Of a stretch of DNA of 47,231 nt, positions 27,397 through 36,866 are shown in pieces (position 1 is the first letter of the stretch; every line of letters begins with the position of its first letter). The translations under genes were made by a program, and so were the position numbers. A model generated the notes under the pieces. It saw only the letters and a list, made by a program, of their open reading frames with translations, was not told where the DNA came from and searched no databases. The DNA is from Candidatus Saccharimonadota bacterium (GTDB taxonomy: Bacteria; Patescibacteriota; Saccharimonadia; Saccharimonadales; JACDFO01): contig JACDFO010000002.1 of assembly GCA_013815785.1 (NCBI GenBank), positions 1 through 47,231 on the forward strand, read 5' to 3'.

Positions 27397-30246
27397 ATGG
27401 CAAACGAATTCGACACGTCTACAAATAAGTCTATACCGAAGAACGTAACAACTACGTCTACTCAAGACATAATCGATTACAAGCATCTGAGCGAACAAAG
27501 GTTTAAGCTCATTATTGAACATGTCCCGGTACTTATTTCGTACGTCGATGCCGGACATCGGTATCGTTTTGTAAACAAACAATACGAAGCTTGGTTTGGG
27601 CATAGTACAGAGGATATCCAAGGTAAGCACTTACGAGAAGTACTGGGTGCGAAGGCCTATAAAGCTTTAAAGCCTCATATTGATAGTGTACTTGCTGGTA
27701 ACACAATAAGTTTTGAGACAAACGTTCCATACAAAGGGGCCGGCAACCGATATGTCAGCGCCAATTACATACCCCACATAGAAGACAACAAAGTAGTCGG
27801 CTTTTTCGTGATGGTTATGGATTTATCTGATCGCAAAAAAATCGAAGAAAATCTTAGATATCGGACGGCCTTACTCGAGGCACAGAGCGAAGCAACACCT
27901 GACGGCATATTGATTGTCGACGCAAGAGGAAAAATGCTGTCATTCAATAAGCGTTTTATACAAATGTGGAAAATTCCAAAGCACATTAGTGGTGCCAACG
28001 ATGACTCGGCGGCGCTTAAATACGCTATGACACAGCTAGTGGACCCAAAGGGCTTTATAGACAGAGTGAACTATTTATACGCTCACCAGGATGAGTCGAG
28101 TCACGAGGAAGTTTACTTTAAGGATGGCCGAGTGTTTGACAGGTATGGTTTGCCGGTTGAAGGCGATGATGGGCAGTACTATGGATGGGCATGGCATTTT
28201 CGTGACATTACTACACAGAAACGAGCAGAGGAAAAAATTATCCTTAGAGAAGAGCAGCTGAGGGTTGCCCTTAAGGCGTCACGGATGGGCGTTTGGGAAT
28301 GGGATAGCCAGAACCGAAAGTTGACGTGGTCAAACGAAGTAAAGCGATTGTACGGTTTAAAGATAAGCGAATCAATTACGTACGAAAAATATATCAGCTT
28401 GCTTCATCCTGATGATCAGCCAAGGATGCAAAAAACAATTGCAAATGCCCAAAAGACGGGAAGTAAATATACTATTGAGCATCGTGTTGTTTGGCCGGAT
28501 GGTAGTATCCACTGGCTTCTTGGGAAGGGTCAGGCATTTTTGGAAAATGGCAAGATAGTGCGGATGGCAGGTATATCGCTAGACATCGATGATCGAAAAA
28601 AGGCCGAAGAATTATACCAGAGCCAAAACGAGTATCTTATAGCTTTGAATGAGACGGCTCTTGAAATTGCTAGAGGTTTGGGAGGTCAATTATCAATACT
28701 AAAAATCATTCTAAGCCGAGCTACTAAGCTGACTCAAACACCAAACGGTTATATCTACCTTATGGATGATGATAAATCTCAATTAAGTGTTCGTGTTGCC
28801 ACAGGAGTTTTTAAGCCTTACATAGGTCATGTGATTAAAAAAGGTGAGGGTTTGGCTGGTAAAGTTTGGAAAACCGGCAAACATCTTACAGTTGGGAATT
28901 ACGATATATGGACCGGGCGGCAGGCTACGTTTCCGAAAGGTATCGTTAGCGCTGCTGTCGGTTTGCCTCTGTACTCCGGTCGAAGGATAATCGGTGTCAT
29001 CGCATTAGGTTACGATACGCCGATTAAGAAATTTCCTGCTGAAAAGATAACCGCATTAAAGCGTTTGGCAGACCTTGCTTCGATTGCGTTGGACAATAGT
29101 AGGTTGTATTTAGAATCTCAAGAACGTGAGGAGCGGTTCAGGACTCTGGCAGACACCGCACCTGTATTCATATGGCTAGCAGATTCAGACAAGAACGTTT
29201 CGTACTTCAATAAAGGTTGGCTAGATTATGCAGGACGTACTTTGGAGCAAGAAATGAATTCTGGCTGGGAAGAGACTATATATCCAGCCGATCTCTTAGA
29301 GTGTAGACGTATATACGAAACATCTTTCGACGCCCGTGTACCCTTTACCCAGGAATACCGCTTAAGACGTCATGATGGGCAATTCAGGTGGATGCTAGAC
29401 ACCGGCATACCGCGGTTCTCTTCAGCTGGTGAATTTCTGGGCTATATCGGCTCGACTGTTGATATTCATGATTTAAAAAATACGACTCAGCGTACCCTGG
29501 AGCTCGAAGCCATTACAGCTAGTTTGACCGAACAGCGTGCTGAGCTAGTGACACTGAACAACGCAAAGGATGAGTTTATTTCATTGGCTTCACACCAGTT
29601 ACGCACCCCTGCAACTGGCGTAAAACAATTTATTGGCATGTTGCTGGAAAATTATTTCGGTGAGCTTACAGAAGATCAGCGCACCATGCTCGATTACGCC
29701 TACGAGAGCAACGAACGGCAGCTAGAAGTCATAAATGACCTCCTAAAAGTAGCTCAGGTGGATGCTGGCAAAGTCGTGCTTGCAAAAGAAAAGCACGATA
29801 TAAGCGATATGCTAGAAGACATCATGCAGGAACAGCGTGCTCAGTTTGCAAAACGCAAACAAAGGGTTGTGCTAGATAGACCTACAGAAGCAATCTTTGC
29901 CCCTGTCGATGTTCGACGCATGCGGATGGTTGTTGAAAACCTTATTGATAATGCTAGTAAATACACGCCAGAAGGCAAACGTATCACCGTAAGTATCAAC
30001 CAAACAAAATCAGGCGAGTTCGTAACAATTAAAGTCAAAGACGAAGGAGTAGGCATTGCAGAAGAAGATATATCCAAACTATTTCAAAAGTTTTCTCGCC
30101 TAGACAATCCGCTTTCTATCCAGGTTGGTGGTACGGGTATTGGGTTGTACTGGGCAAAAAAGATCGTTGATTTGCACGGCGGAAACATTACTATAAAGTC
30201 GATATCGGGCGAAGGTTCGACCTTTATTGTAAAGATTCCTGCTTAA
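27397..30246 (+). CDS. Cytoplasmic PAS-PAS-PAS-GAF-PAS sensor histidine kinase
   Basis: Several PAS/PAC units, GAF (GEGLAGKVW...GLPL...IALDNSRLY), ASHQLRTP, DEGVGI, GTGIGL. Confidence 0.95.
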   Translation: MANEFDTSTNKSIPKNVTTTSTQDIIDYKHLSEQRFKLIIEHVPVLISYVDAGHRYRFVNKQYEAWFGHSTEDIQGKHLREVLGAKAYKALKPHIDSVLAGNTISFETNVPYKGAGNRYVSANYIPHIEDNKVVGFFVMVMDLSDRKKIEENLRYRTALLEAQSEATPDGILIVDARGKMLSFNKRFIQMWKIPKHISGANDDSAALKYAMTQLVDPKGFIDRVNYLYAHQDESSHEEVYFKDGRVFDRYGLPVEGDDGQYYGWAWHFRDITTQKRAEEKIILREEQLRVALKASRMGVWEWDSQNRKLTWSNEVKRLYGLKISESITYEKYISLLHPDDQPRMQKTIANAQKTGSKYTIEHRVVWPDGSIHWLLGKGQAFLENGKIVRMAGISLDIDDRKKAEELYQSQNEYLIALNETALEIARGLGGQLSILKIILSRATKLTQTPNGYIYLMDDDKSQLSVRVATGVFKPYIGHVIKKGEGLAGKVWKTGKHLTVGNYDIWTGRQATFPKGIVSAAVGLPLYSGRRIIGVIALGYDTPIKKFPAEKITALKRLADLASIALDNSRLYLESQEREERFRTLADTAPVFIWLADSDKNVSYFNKGWLDYAGRTLEQEMNSGWEETIYPADLLECRRIYETSFDARVPFTQEYRLRRHDGQFRWMLDTGIPRFSSAGEFLGYIGSTVDIHDLKNTTQRTLELEAITASLTEQRAELVTLNNAKDEFISLASHQLRTPATGVKQFIGMLLENYFGELTEDQRTMLDYAYESNERQLEVINDLLKVAQVDAGKVVLAKEKHDISDMLEDIMQEQRAQFAKRKQRVVLDRPTEAIFAPVDVRRMRMVVENLIDNASKYTPEGKRITVSINQTKSGEFVTIKVKDEGVGIAEEDISKLFQKFSRLDNPLSIQVGGTGIGLYWAKKIVDLHGGNITIKSISGEGSTFIVKIPA

Positions 30247-30313
30247 CATTTTGTAGAACTGTGTTATAAAAAAGGGAGCAACTGGAGCAAAACTAACCGA
30301 GCTGGAGGCGAGT

Positions 30314-30697
30314 GTGGCAGACATTTTGATAGTAGAAGACAATGATATGTTGAATAAAGCCTACCGGATAATTCTGGAAAAGAATGGGCACAAAGTTGAA
30401 GCAACCACGAATGGGCAAGAAGCCTTGGACGCAGTAAAGCGCTTTAAACCGAAAGTCATTCTACTCGATCTTTTAATGCCCAAAATGGGAGGCATTGAAT
30501 TTTTGCGTAAGTACGATGCCATAAAGTTAAATAAAAACGTCAAGGTCGTGGTACTAACCAATCTAGGCAAAGAAGAAAGTATTCAAGAAGCTATGGATTT
30601 AGGAGCTTACAAATACATCATCAAGGCACATTCTAGTCCTGGAGACCTTGCAAACCTTGTCAATCACCTAATTAAAAAGAACATTGTTAAAGATTAA
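30314..30697 (+). CDS. Receiver-only response regulator
   Basis: GGAGG SD, GTG start; ILIVEDN, LLDLLMPKMGG, LTN, IIK. Confidence 0.93.
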   Translation: MADILIVEDNDMLNKAYRIILEKNGHKVEATTNGQEALDAVKRFKPKVILLDLLMPKMGGIEFLRKYDAIKLNKNVKVVVLTNLGKEESIQEAMDLGAYKYIIKAHSSPGDLANLVNHLIKKNIVKD

Positions 30698-30946
30698 AAT
30701 AAGTACCAGTAAGCCTAGAATTTTACGGAAATAAGTAGCACCTTTTGTAATCTCTAAATATGCCCACGTAAACAGAAATGCCGTACTTAACTGTTCCAAT
30801 CCATTTTGTATATTAAAATCAGGTATTGCCCAGGCCAGTAGTTTGAAAATAATCCAACCATATAATGGTATGTTTGGCCATTGCCACACTACGGTATTAC
30901 CTTGCCTGTCTTTAAAAAAACTTTTTAAGTGATTCTCGGTAATCAT
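30668..30946 (-). CDS. Small membrane protein
   Basis: FFKDRQG..VVWQWPNIPL, WAYLEITKG.TYFRKILG; 2-3 TMs. Confidence 0.75.
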   Translation of the reverse strand: MITENHLKSFFKDRQGNTVVWQWPNIPLYGWIIFKLLAWAIPDFNIQNGLEQLSTAFLFTWAYLEITKGATYFRKILGLLVLILIFNNVLFN

Positions 30947-31067
30947 TGTTTTAGCGTAACAAAATTAAATGAATCACGTGATGAATAATTTGATATTTGC
31001 GAAATATATTGCTGTTAAGTATGTGAAACAACAATATTATGTACACATAATTAAAGGGGGAATGTTT

Positions 31068-31211
31068 ATGTTAGTAATTATCGGGATACTGATAGTTTTA
31101 TGGTTCTTAGGTCTACTAGGAAATATTGGCGGGGGTCTGATTCATATATTGCTGGTGATTGCACTGATTGTGTTTATCTATAATATGATTACTGGTCGTC
31201 GCGGCATATAG
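31068..31211 (+). CDS. lmo0937/DUF5670-like small membrane protein
   Basis: LIVLWFLGLL..IGGGLIHILLVIALI...GRR; AAGGGGG SD. Confidence 0.85.
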   Translation: MLVIIGILIVLWFLGLLGNIGGGLIHILLVIALIVFIYNMITGRRGI

Positions 31212-31239
31212 CTTAGATTTTAAAGTCAGGCGTACTGTA

Positions 31240-31279
31240 AATTAATAAATCCCACTGTTGATAATGGGATTTATTAATT
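31240..31279. terminator. Bidirectional hairpin between the small membrane gene and tRNA-Lys
   Basis: 15-bp perfect inverted repeat AATTAATAAATCCCA / TGGGATTTATTAATT. Confidence 0.7.
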
Positions 31280-31355
31280 GGAGGGCCAGCGGGGACTTGA
31301 ACCCCGGACACCCTGCTTAAGAGGCAGGTGCTCTAACCAGCTGAGCTACTGGCCC
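31279..31355 (-). tRNA. tRNA-Lys(CUU)
   Basis: GGGCCAG acceptor, CCTGC-CTCTTAA-GCAGG, GTTCAAGTC, TCCA. Confidence 0.97.
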
Positions 31356-31504
31356 TCGTCAGAACCGACGGTCAGATTCCGTAAAGTCAATATGTAAATT
31401 GTCATTACTTCACCTTCTAGTCGCTTCTTCCTCTCAAAATTCTAAACAGAAATTAAAATTTCTTGGTTTAAAATTTTTGGATAGCTGCAAAAAAGCAACA
31501 GGGG
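31356..31504 (-). ncRNA. Conserved structured leader 5' of tRNA-Lys (unknown family, copy 2)
   Basis: Follows a TTGAAA-N17-TAAAGT promoter; same conserved blocks as 13686-13802 with a compensatory pair change. Confidence 0.7.
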
Positions 31505-31594
31505 AAACTTTAACAGATTACATCTGTTATTTCAAGAAGGGCTGAGTTTAAAGCCTAACGAACACATATGTTTAAACTTTGGTATAATCAAATG

Positions 31595-32446
31595 ATGAAA
31601 AAGAATATTTTTGTATCTATATTTATCAGTCTCGTAACATTGTTATTGCTGGCCCCAAGTGTAATGGCGGCTAGACCAGTTGCCGGTGACACGACTACTA
31701 AACCACTCGGAATCGATGTGTCTTGGCCGCAATGTGGTAAACAGCTCCCCACCAATCATGCGTTTGGTATTGTCGGTGTAAACGGTGGGCTAGCAACAAC
31801 TACAAACCCTTGTCTAAAGGATCAGCTGGTTTGGGCAAAAAAGTCTATCGGTGGCACAGTTCAGGATAAAATACAGCTGTATGTAAACACTGCTAATCCT
31901 GGTGGACTGAACACAGCCTCATGGCCTAAAAACAATATAGATCCAGCAGACACTTCGGTTTCTAATCCCTACGGCGTTTGCGACGGTAAGGATACACTGC
32001 CATGTGCGTGGCAATATGGTTGGAACAGAGCATTAGAAGATGTCCGCGACCGCTTTCAACCGGCAGCCACTCAAGCTATTGTCAGCACTTCCCCTGCATC
32101 GTATATATGGTGGCTAGACGTGGAGACAGAAAACACTTGGAAGCTATCTGGTACATCTTTTGATTATGAGAGCAACACAGCTGTATTAGAAGGAATGACA
32201 GCATATTTTAAAACAGTAAATGGAAGAGTCGGTATTTATGCTACTGGCTCACAGTGGGCACAAATAGTCGGCAATGCTGTCGGCCCGAATAGTAATTTGA
32301 TTGGATTAAATAATTGGCGACCAGGTGGTGCAAGTTTGAGCACTGCCAAACAAGCTTGTTCTGCAACACCGCTAACGACCGGTGGTAATGTCGTGTTGAC
32401 ACAGTTTATTTCAAAAGGACTAGACTACAATTATTCCTGCGTTTAG
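31595..32446 (+). CDS. Secreted GH25/DUF1906-like glycoside hydrolase fold protein
   Basis: Signal peptide (..PSVMA), GIDVSWPQC, WWLDVE, VGIYAT, DYNYSC; start 6 nt after a TATAAT. Confidence 0.7.
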   Translation: MKKNIFVSIFISLVTLLLLAPSVMAARPVAGDTTTKPLGIDVSWPQCGKQLPTNHAFGIVGVNGGLATTTNPCLKDQLVWAKKSIGGTVQDKIQLYVNTANPGGLNTASWPKNNIDPADTSVSNPYGVCDGKDTLPCAWQYGWNRALEDVRDRFQPAATQAIVSTSPASYIWWLDVETENTWKLSGTSFDYESNTAVLEGMTAYFKTVNGRVGIYATGSQWAQIVGNAVGPNSNLIGLNNWRPGGASLSTAKQACSATPLTTGGNVVLTQFISKGLDYNYSCV

Positions 32447-32504
32447 AACTCGTTAACTCACTAATAATTGAGACTATTACCAGAGGTGATACAATGAGCG
32501 ATGT

Positions 32505-33320
32505 ATGAAAATATTGAATGGTAAAGAGTTGGCCGAATATATCAAGCAGCGACAAGCCGGGGAAGTGCGTGCTCTAAGACAAGCCCATCACATATTTCCG
32601 AAGCTGGCTATCGTATTATGTAACGACGACCCAGTCATAAATACATATATTCGACTGAAAAAGAAATATGGCGCAGAAATCCAAATTGATGTCGATGTAT
32701 ATGATATTTCTCAGCAAGAAATTGCGAAAAATTTGCAATCTCTAAATGCAGATGAATCCGTTCATGGCATTATAGTTCAGCTACCATTAATTGATACAAG
32801 CGAGACTGACGAAATTGTAAATATGGTAAGCCCAGATAAGGACGTAGATGCACTAGGAGCAAAAGCTCAGTTTGAGCCAGCAACACCCATGGCTATCCAG
32901 TGGCTTTTAGCTGGTTATAATGTCGACTTACAAGGCAAGAAAGTATTATTGGTTGGTCGGGGTAAATTAGTTGGAGCACCCTTAGAGAAAATCCTAACCC
33001 AATCTGGCGTTGATGTGATTGTAGCAGATCGTGACACAGAAACCCTGTCGCAGTTAAGTAAAAATTCGGACGTGATTATTACTGCTACCGGCAGTCCAGC
33101 AATTATATATTCAGATATGGTCAAGCAAGGTGCAGTGGTAGTAGATGCCGGAGTAGCCAGCGAAGATGGTAAAACTGTAGGTGATGTGGCGCCAGATGTT
33201 TATGACCGTGACGACATAACTATTACACCCACAAAAGGCGGCGTGGGTCCTTTGACTGTTTCCGCCTTGTTTGAGAATGTCATTCGGGCAGCTAAGCGCA
33301 AGGTTGACCAAAACAAGTGA
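32505..33320 (+). CDS. folD: Methylenetetrahydrofolate dehydrogenase/cyclohydrolase
   Basis: ILNGK, VHGIIVQLPL, KDVDAL, GRGKLVGAP, VVDAG, GGVGPLTV. Confidence 0.96.
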   Translation: MKILNGKELAEYIKQRQAGEVRALRQAHHIFPKLAIVLCNDDPVINTYIRLKKKYGAEIQIDVDVYDISQQEIAKNLQSLNADESVHGIIVQLPLIDTSETDEIVNMVSPDKDVDALGAKAQFEPATPMAIQWLLAGYNVDLQGKKVLLVGRGKLVGAPLEKILTQSGVDVIVADRDTETLSQLSKNSDVIITATGSPAIIYSDMVKQGAVVVDAGVASEDGKTVGDVAPDVYDRDDITITPTKGGVGPLTVSALFENVIRAAKRKVDQNK

Positions 33321-33883
33321 GTACTTTGCGTGAACGTGTTTTGAAAACTTCTTTTCAGCGTTATGACGGTTCATTTGCGAGTGGAAAGATGGCAAATAAC
33401 AAGCTCGAGCTGGAACTGATACCAAAACGTAATAAAGCACTAGGCTATGTAATCGTTACCAGCATTGGAAATATAGCCATGTCTTATAAGCCCCAGTTCG
33501 TCGTAGCGGTGCCTGACGGTGCAAACTGGATAGCGAAGGGAATCGCAAAGCAGCAGGAAATACCTTTGATCAAATTAAAGAAAGATCCAGAAACTAAAGC
33601 AATCAGTTTTCGATATAAGACTGACCAGCGACGCTGTTCAAAAGCAGAAAGAGGTGTGTTGGTAGAGGATGCTTTCAATGAGTTTACCAATACCCGCCGA
33701 GTGCTGGAAATACCGGAACTTGATGAGCGTATCGTAGCAGTATTAGGCATTTGGGATCGTGGAATACACGAAAGTGCTGGCGGAGACCGCCAAGAACTCT
33801 CGCTGCCGACTCGCGCGCTGCTTACCGAGCATATTCCTGCAGTGCTTCCAGAGGATTCAGAACTATGGAAGTTTGCCAAATGA
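33317..33883 (+). CDS. Divergent orotate-phosphoribosyltransferase-like protein
   Basis: FASGK, VVAVPDGA, VLVEDAF (degenerate PRPP loop), IWDRG; coupled to folD and murI by 4-nt overlaps. Confidence 0.6.
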   Translation: MSTLRERVLKTSFQRYDGSFASGKMANNKLELELIPKRNKALGYVIVTSIGNIAMSYKPQFVVAVPDGANWIAKGIAKQQEIPLIKLKKDPETKAISFRYKTDQRRCSKAERGVLVEDAFNEFTNTRRVLEIPELDERIVAVLGIWDRGIHESAGGDRQELSLPTRALLTEHIPAVLPEDSELWKFAK

Positions 33884-34533
33884 TCACAGTTGGCGTATTT
33901 GATTCAGGAGTAGGAGGTAAATCAGTCGTGAATGCGATTGAGGCCGCCCTGCCGGATATAAAAATCGTGTATGCGGAAGATAAAGAAAATGTACCGTATG
34001 GTACAAAAAATCCAGATGAATTATATAGGTTAGTATTACCAATACTTAACATGTTAAGTAAGCAGGGATGCGATGTAATTATCATCGCCTGTAACACAGT
34101 TACGACAACCATCATTGAGCGTTTGCGTTTAGAACTCCCCTTGCCTCTCATCGGCATAGAGCCGATGGTTAAGCCAGCCGCCGAAATGTCAAAAACTGGA
34201 ATCATCGCAATGTGTGCGACACCAACTACGCTACAAAGTGCGCGTTATGCTTGGCTTAAGGAAAACTATGCAAAAAACATCCAAGTATTAGAACCTGATT
34301 GCAGTGATTGGGCATCGCTCATCGAAACTGATCAACTTGATCACGAAATAATCAAAAGTCGCATAGAAGAGGTGTGTAAAAAAGGCGCAGATGCGATTGT
34401 CTTAGGCTGTACGCACTACCACTGGATAGAACATGACATTCAAATGATTGCCGATGAATACGGTGCTATTGTGATACAACCGGAGAAACCGATCATCGAA
34501 CAGCTTAAGAAAGTTCTGTCACAGCTTTCTTAA
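33880..34533 (+). CDS. murI: Glutamate racemase
   Basis: GVFDSGVGG, PYG, IACNT, LGCTHY; start set at MITVGVF (ATGA overlap). Confidence 0.96.
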   Translation: MITVGVFDSGVGGKSVVNAIEAALPDIKIVYAEDKENVPYGTKNPDELYRLVLPILNMLSKQGCDVIIIACNTVTTTIIERLRLELPLPLIGIEPMVKPAAEMSKTGIIAMCATPTTLQSARYAWLKENYAKNIQVLEPDCSDWASLIETDQLDHEIIKSRIEEVCKKGADAIVLGCTHYHWIEHDIQMIADEYGAIVIQPEKPIIEQLKKVLSQLS

Positions 34534-35980
34534 ATTCTTCACCCCTGTGTTTATAATTTTTGAATAAACCGAAGCTTGCACATGCGGTAGATAGTAGTAC
34601 AACATCACCGTTTTGTGCTTTCGTATGTGCTGCATTTACGATTTCGGCCATTGTGGAGCCACCGTCGGTAATACTATCATAACCTTGAGTTCGCAAGGCC
34701 TCTGCTATAGCTGGGCCTGTGGCACCGATACTTATGACATGACGAACGTGCTGGGTAGCTACTGCAACAGCTAGCTTTTCGTACTTAGCTGCTTTGTCTG
34801 AACCGCCGAGAATGACTACTTTTGGTTCTATGAACGCTTCAATCGCCACGATAGCCGTCTCGGGAGTGGTGCCGAAGGAGTCATCGTAGTATTTGATACC
34901 GTCAAGTTCTCGTACAAGCTCTAGACGATGTTCTAGGCCCGTAAAGCTGGTCAGAACATCGCGTATTGCGTCTACATCCTTGGTAACCTGCCAAACCGCC
35001 GTAACGGCTGCGCAGACATTTTGCCAATTGTGCTTTCCAAGCAGCTTAAGTTCGTCAGTTTTACAAATTATTTGATTGCCGATAACTATTTCACTGTTTA
35101 CTACCTTTGCACCTGGAGCTTCCATGTATGGTATTTTGATACCGACAGACGTGCTTGCAACGCTAACAGAGTTATCGTTGGCAGCATAGTAAATAGCAAT
35201 GTCATTTTCTTTTTGATTAATAAAAAGCTGCTGTTTAGCGGCTACATACTCTTCAAAAGCCAGTGCTTGTGCTTGCTCATTTTCATAGCTAGATGAGGAG
35301 CTAGCAGTTGTAGCAGGTGCTTCAAGCACCTGCTGAGGCGTACCCGTAGGTACGTCGAGGGAGTGAATGGAGTTGCCTGATGCAGCTGATTGCTGATCAG
35401 ACCTATGATAATGGGCGGGTTCAAGTGCTTGATGCCAATCCATATGCTCGGGCTCAACCATTAAGCAAACGGCGATATGCGGCGAAAATCTTAGATCGAT
35501 GAGCTGAAAGTTAGCTAACTCCAATATTACCCAATCTCCGGGCAAAATATTGTTTTTAAGCAGTTCTAAAGGGGGGATGCCGATATTACCTCCAAGGTGT
35601 ACGCGTTTGCCAGCGGTTTCTAACATCTTTGCAATCAGCGTACTGGTTGTGCCTTTGCCTTTAGTGCCAGTGACTCCAATAATATTTTTGCTGGGACAAA
35701 CTTTAAAAAATTCATTAGTATTAGACCAAACTTTATCAAGAATTTGCGAATTATTCGCGTTAGCATTCATAATATTTTTGGGATGCAGAGCAGGTGTCCT
35801 AATAATCAATTCAAATCGATCTAAGTTCTTTAAATAGTCTACTCCCAGCTGTGAACTAGCATTGCCGGGAATAGTAATATTTTCATCAGAATCACAAACG
35901 GTGAGCTCGTTTTCAGGAGAATCCCAATACCTATACGAGCTTTGTCCTTGGCCAGCATATCCTAATATAGCAATCTTCAT
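34505..35980 (-). CDS. murD: UDP-MurNAc-L-Ala:D-Glu ligase carrying a 54-aa insertion
   Basis: GVTGTKGKGTT, GGNIG, ELANFQL, EHMDWH, HRLE, YYDDS, LGGSDK, LLSTACASF. Confidence 0.96.
   Translation of the reverse strand: MKIAILGYAGQGQSSYRYWDSPENELTVCDSDENITIPGNASSQLGVDYLKNLDRFELIIRTPALHPKNIMNANANNSQILDKVWSNTNEFFKVCPSKNIIGVTGTKGKGTTSTLIAKMLETAGKRVHLGGNIGIPPLELLKNNILPGDWVILELANFQLIDLRFSPHIAVCLMVEPEHMDWHQALEPAHYHRSDQQSAASGNSIHSLDVPTGTPQQVLEAPATTASSSSSYENEQAQALAFEEYVAAKQQLFINQKENDIAIYYAANDNSVSVASTSVGIKIPYMEAPGAKVVNSEIVIGNQIICKTDELKLLGKHNWQNVCAAVTAVWQVTKDVDAIRDVLTSFTGLEHRLELVRELDGIKYYDDSFGTTPETAIVAIEAFIEPKVVILGGSDKAAKYEKLAVAVATQHVRHVISIGATGPAIAEALRTQGYDSITDGGSTMAEIVNAAHTKAQNGDVVLLSTACASFGLFKNYKHRGEEFKKAVTELS
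35262..35431. mobile_element. In-frame palindromic element inside murD
   Basis: 8-bp direct repeat AGTGCTTG at 35262 and 35424 (162 nt apart); long imperfect terminal inverted repeat; internal hairpins AGCAGGTGCTT/AAGCACCTGCT and GGCGTACC/GGTACGTC. Confidence 0.8.
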
Positions 35981-35998
35981 TGCTTGTATTGTATCAGT

Positions 35999-36370
35999 CT
36001 AGGTAGTAAGTTCGGTTTTAACCATTTCAGCAACCTGCCGTGGAGTCATTTCTGCCTTGACTATAAAACGTCGTACACCGTTCTCGCGCAGGGTTGTAGG
36101 TGCTTCTTGTTCGCCCATATTGGTCAAGATAATAACCTTAGTATCCTTACCCCAATCTGTTTTACGCAGTTCTATCAGCATTTCATCGCCAGACATTTCG
36201 GGCATCATAAGATCTAACAAAATAATATCTGGCTGCATTTTTTCGACCAGCTCTAGGCCTAGCTTACCATTTTCTGCTGTCTCTACTTCGAAGCCTTCCG
36301 CCTCAAACTTAATGCGGTACATCTGGGAAATTGCTTGGTCGTCTTCGATAATCGCAACTTTAGTGGCCAT
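35999..36370 (-). CDS. Receiver-only response regulator
   Basis: VAIIEDD, LLDLMMPEMSG, LTN, IVK. Confidence 0.94.
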   Translation of the reverse strand: MATKVAIIEDDQAISQMYRIKFEAEGFEVETAENGKLGLELVEKMQPDIILLDLMMPEMSGDEMLIELRKTDWGKDTKVIILTNMGEQEAPTTLRENGVRRFIVKAEMTPRQVAEMVKTELTT

Positions 36371-36394
36371 ATATGTATCCTACCCTAGTATTTG

Positions 36395-36763
36395 TTACGC
36401 CGCTAGGGCTTCTTGCACTACTACTACAACCTGGGACGGTGTGTAATTAGCTTTGACCATATATCGTAAAATACCCAATTCGTATAAACCATCAGGCGCT
36501 TCGTATTCACTGATATTTGTCAGAATTATCACTTTCGTATCTTTGCCGTTCTCAGTTTTACGGTAGTTGGCTAATACTTCACTTCCGGTCATCTGGGGAA
36601 GCATAAGATCCAGAAGCACAAGGTCAAACTTGGTGGTATAGATCATATCCAGCCCTGCTTGACCATCATAAGCCACAATGCATTCATACCCAGCAGACTC
36701 AAGTTTAATCTTGTACATGTCAGCAAGTGAAATGTCATCTTCTATAATAGCTATCTTAGGCAT
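36395..36763 (-). CDS. Receiver-only response regulator
   Basis: MPKIAIIEDD, LLDLMLPQMTG, LTN, MVK. Confidence 0.93.
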   Translation of the reverse strand: MPKIAIIEDDISLADMYKIKLESAGYECIVAYDGQAGLDMIYTTKFDLVLLDLMLPQMTGSEVLANYRKTENGKDTKVIILTNISEYEAPDGLYELGILRYMVKANYTPSQVVVVVQEALAA

Positions 36764-36866
36764 TATTAATCTGATTATATACTTAAAACGTAAGAGAAGA
36801 AACTCCACCACAACCATGGGTGTATAAATATTGACAATTAGTCATACTTATTGTTTTAATATCTAT

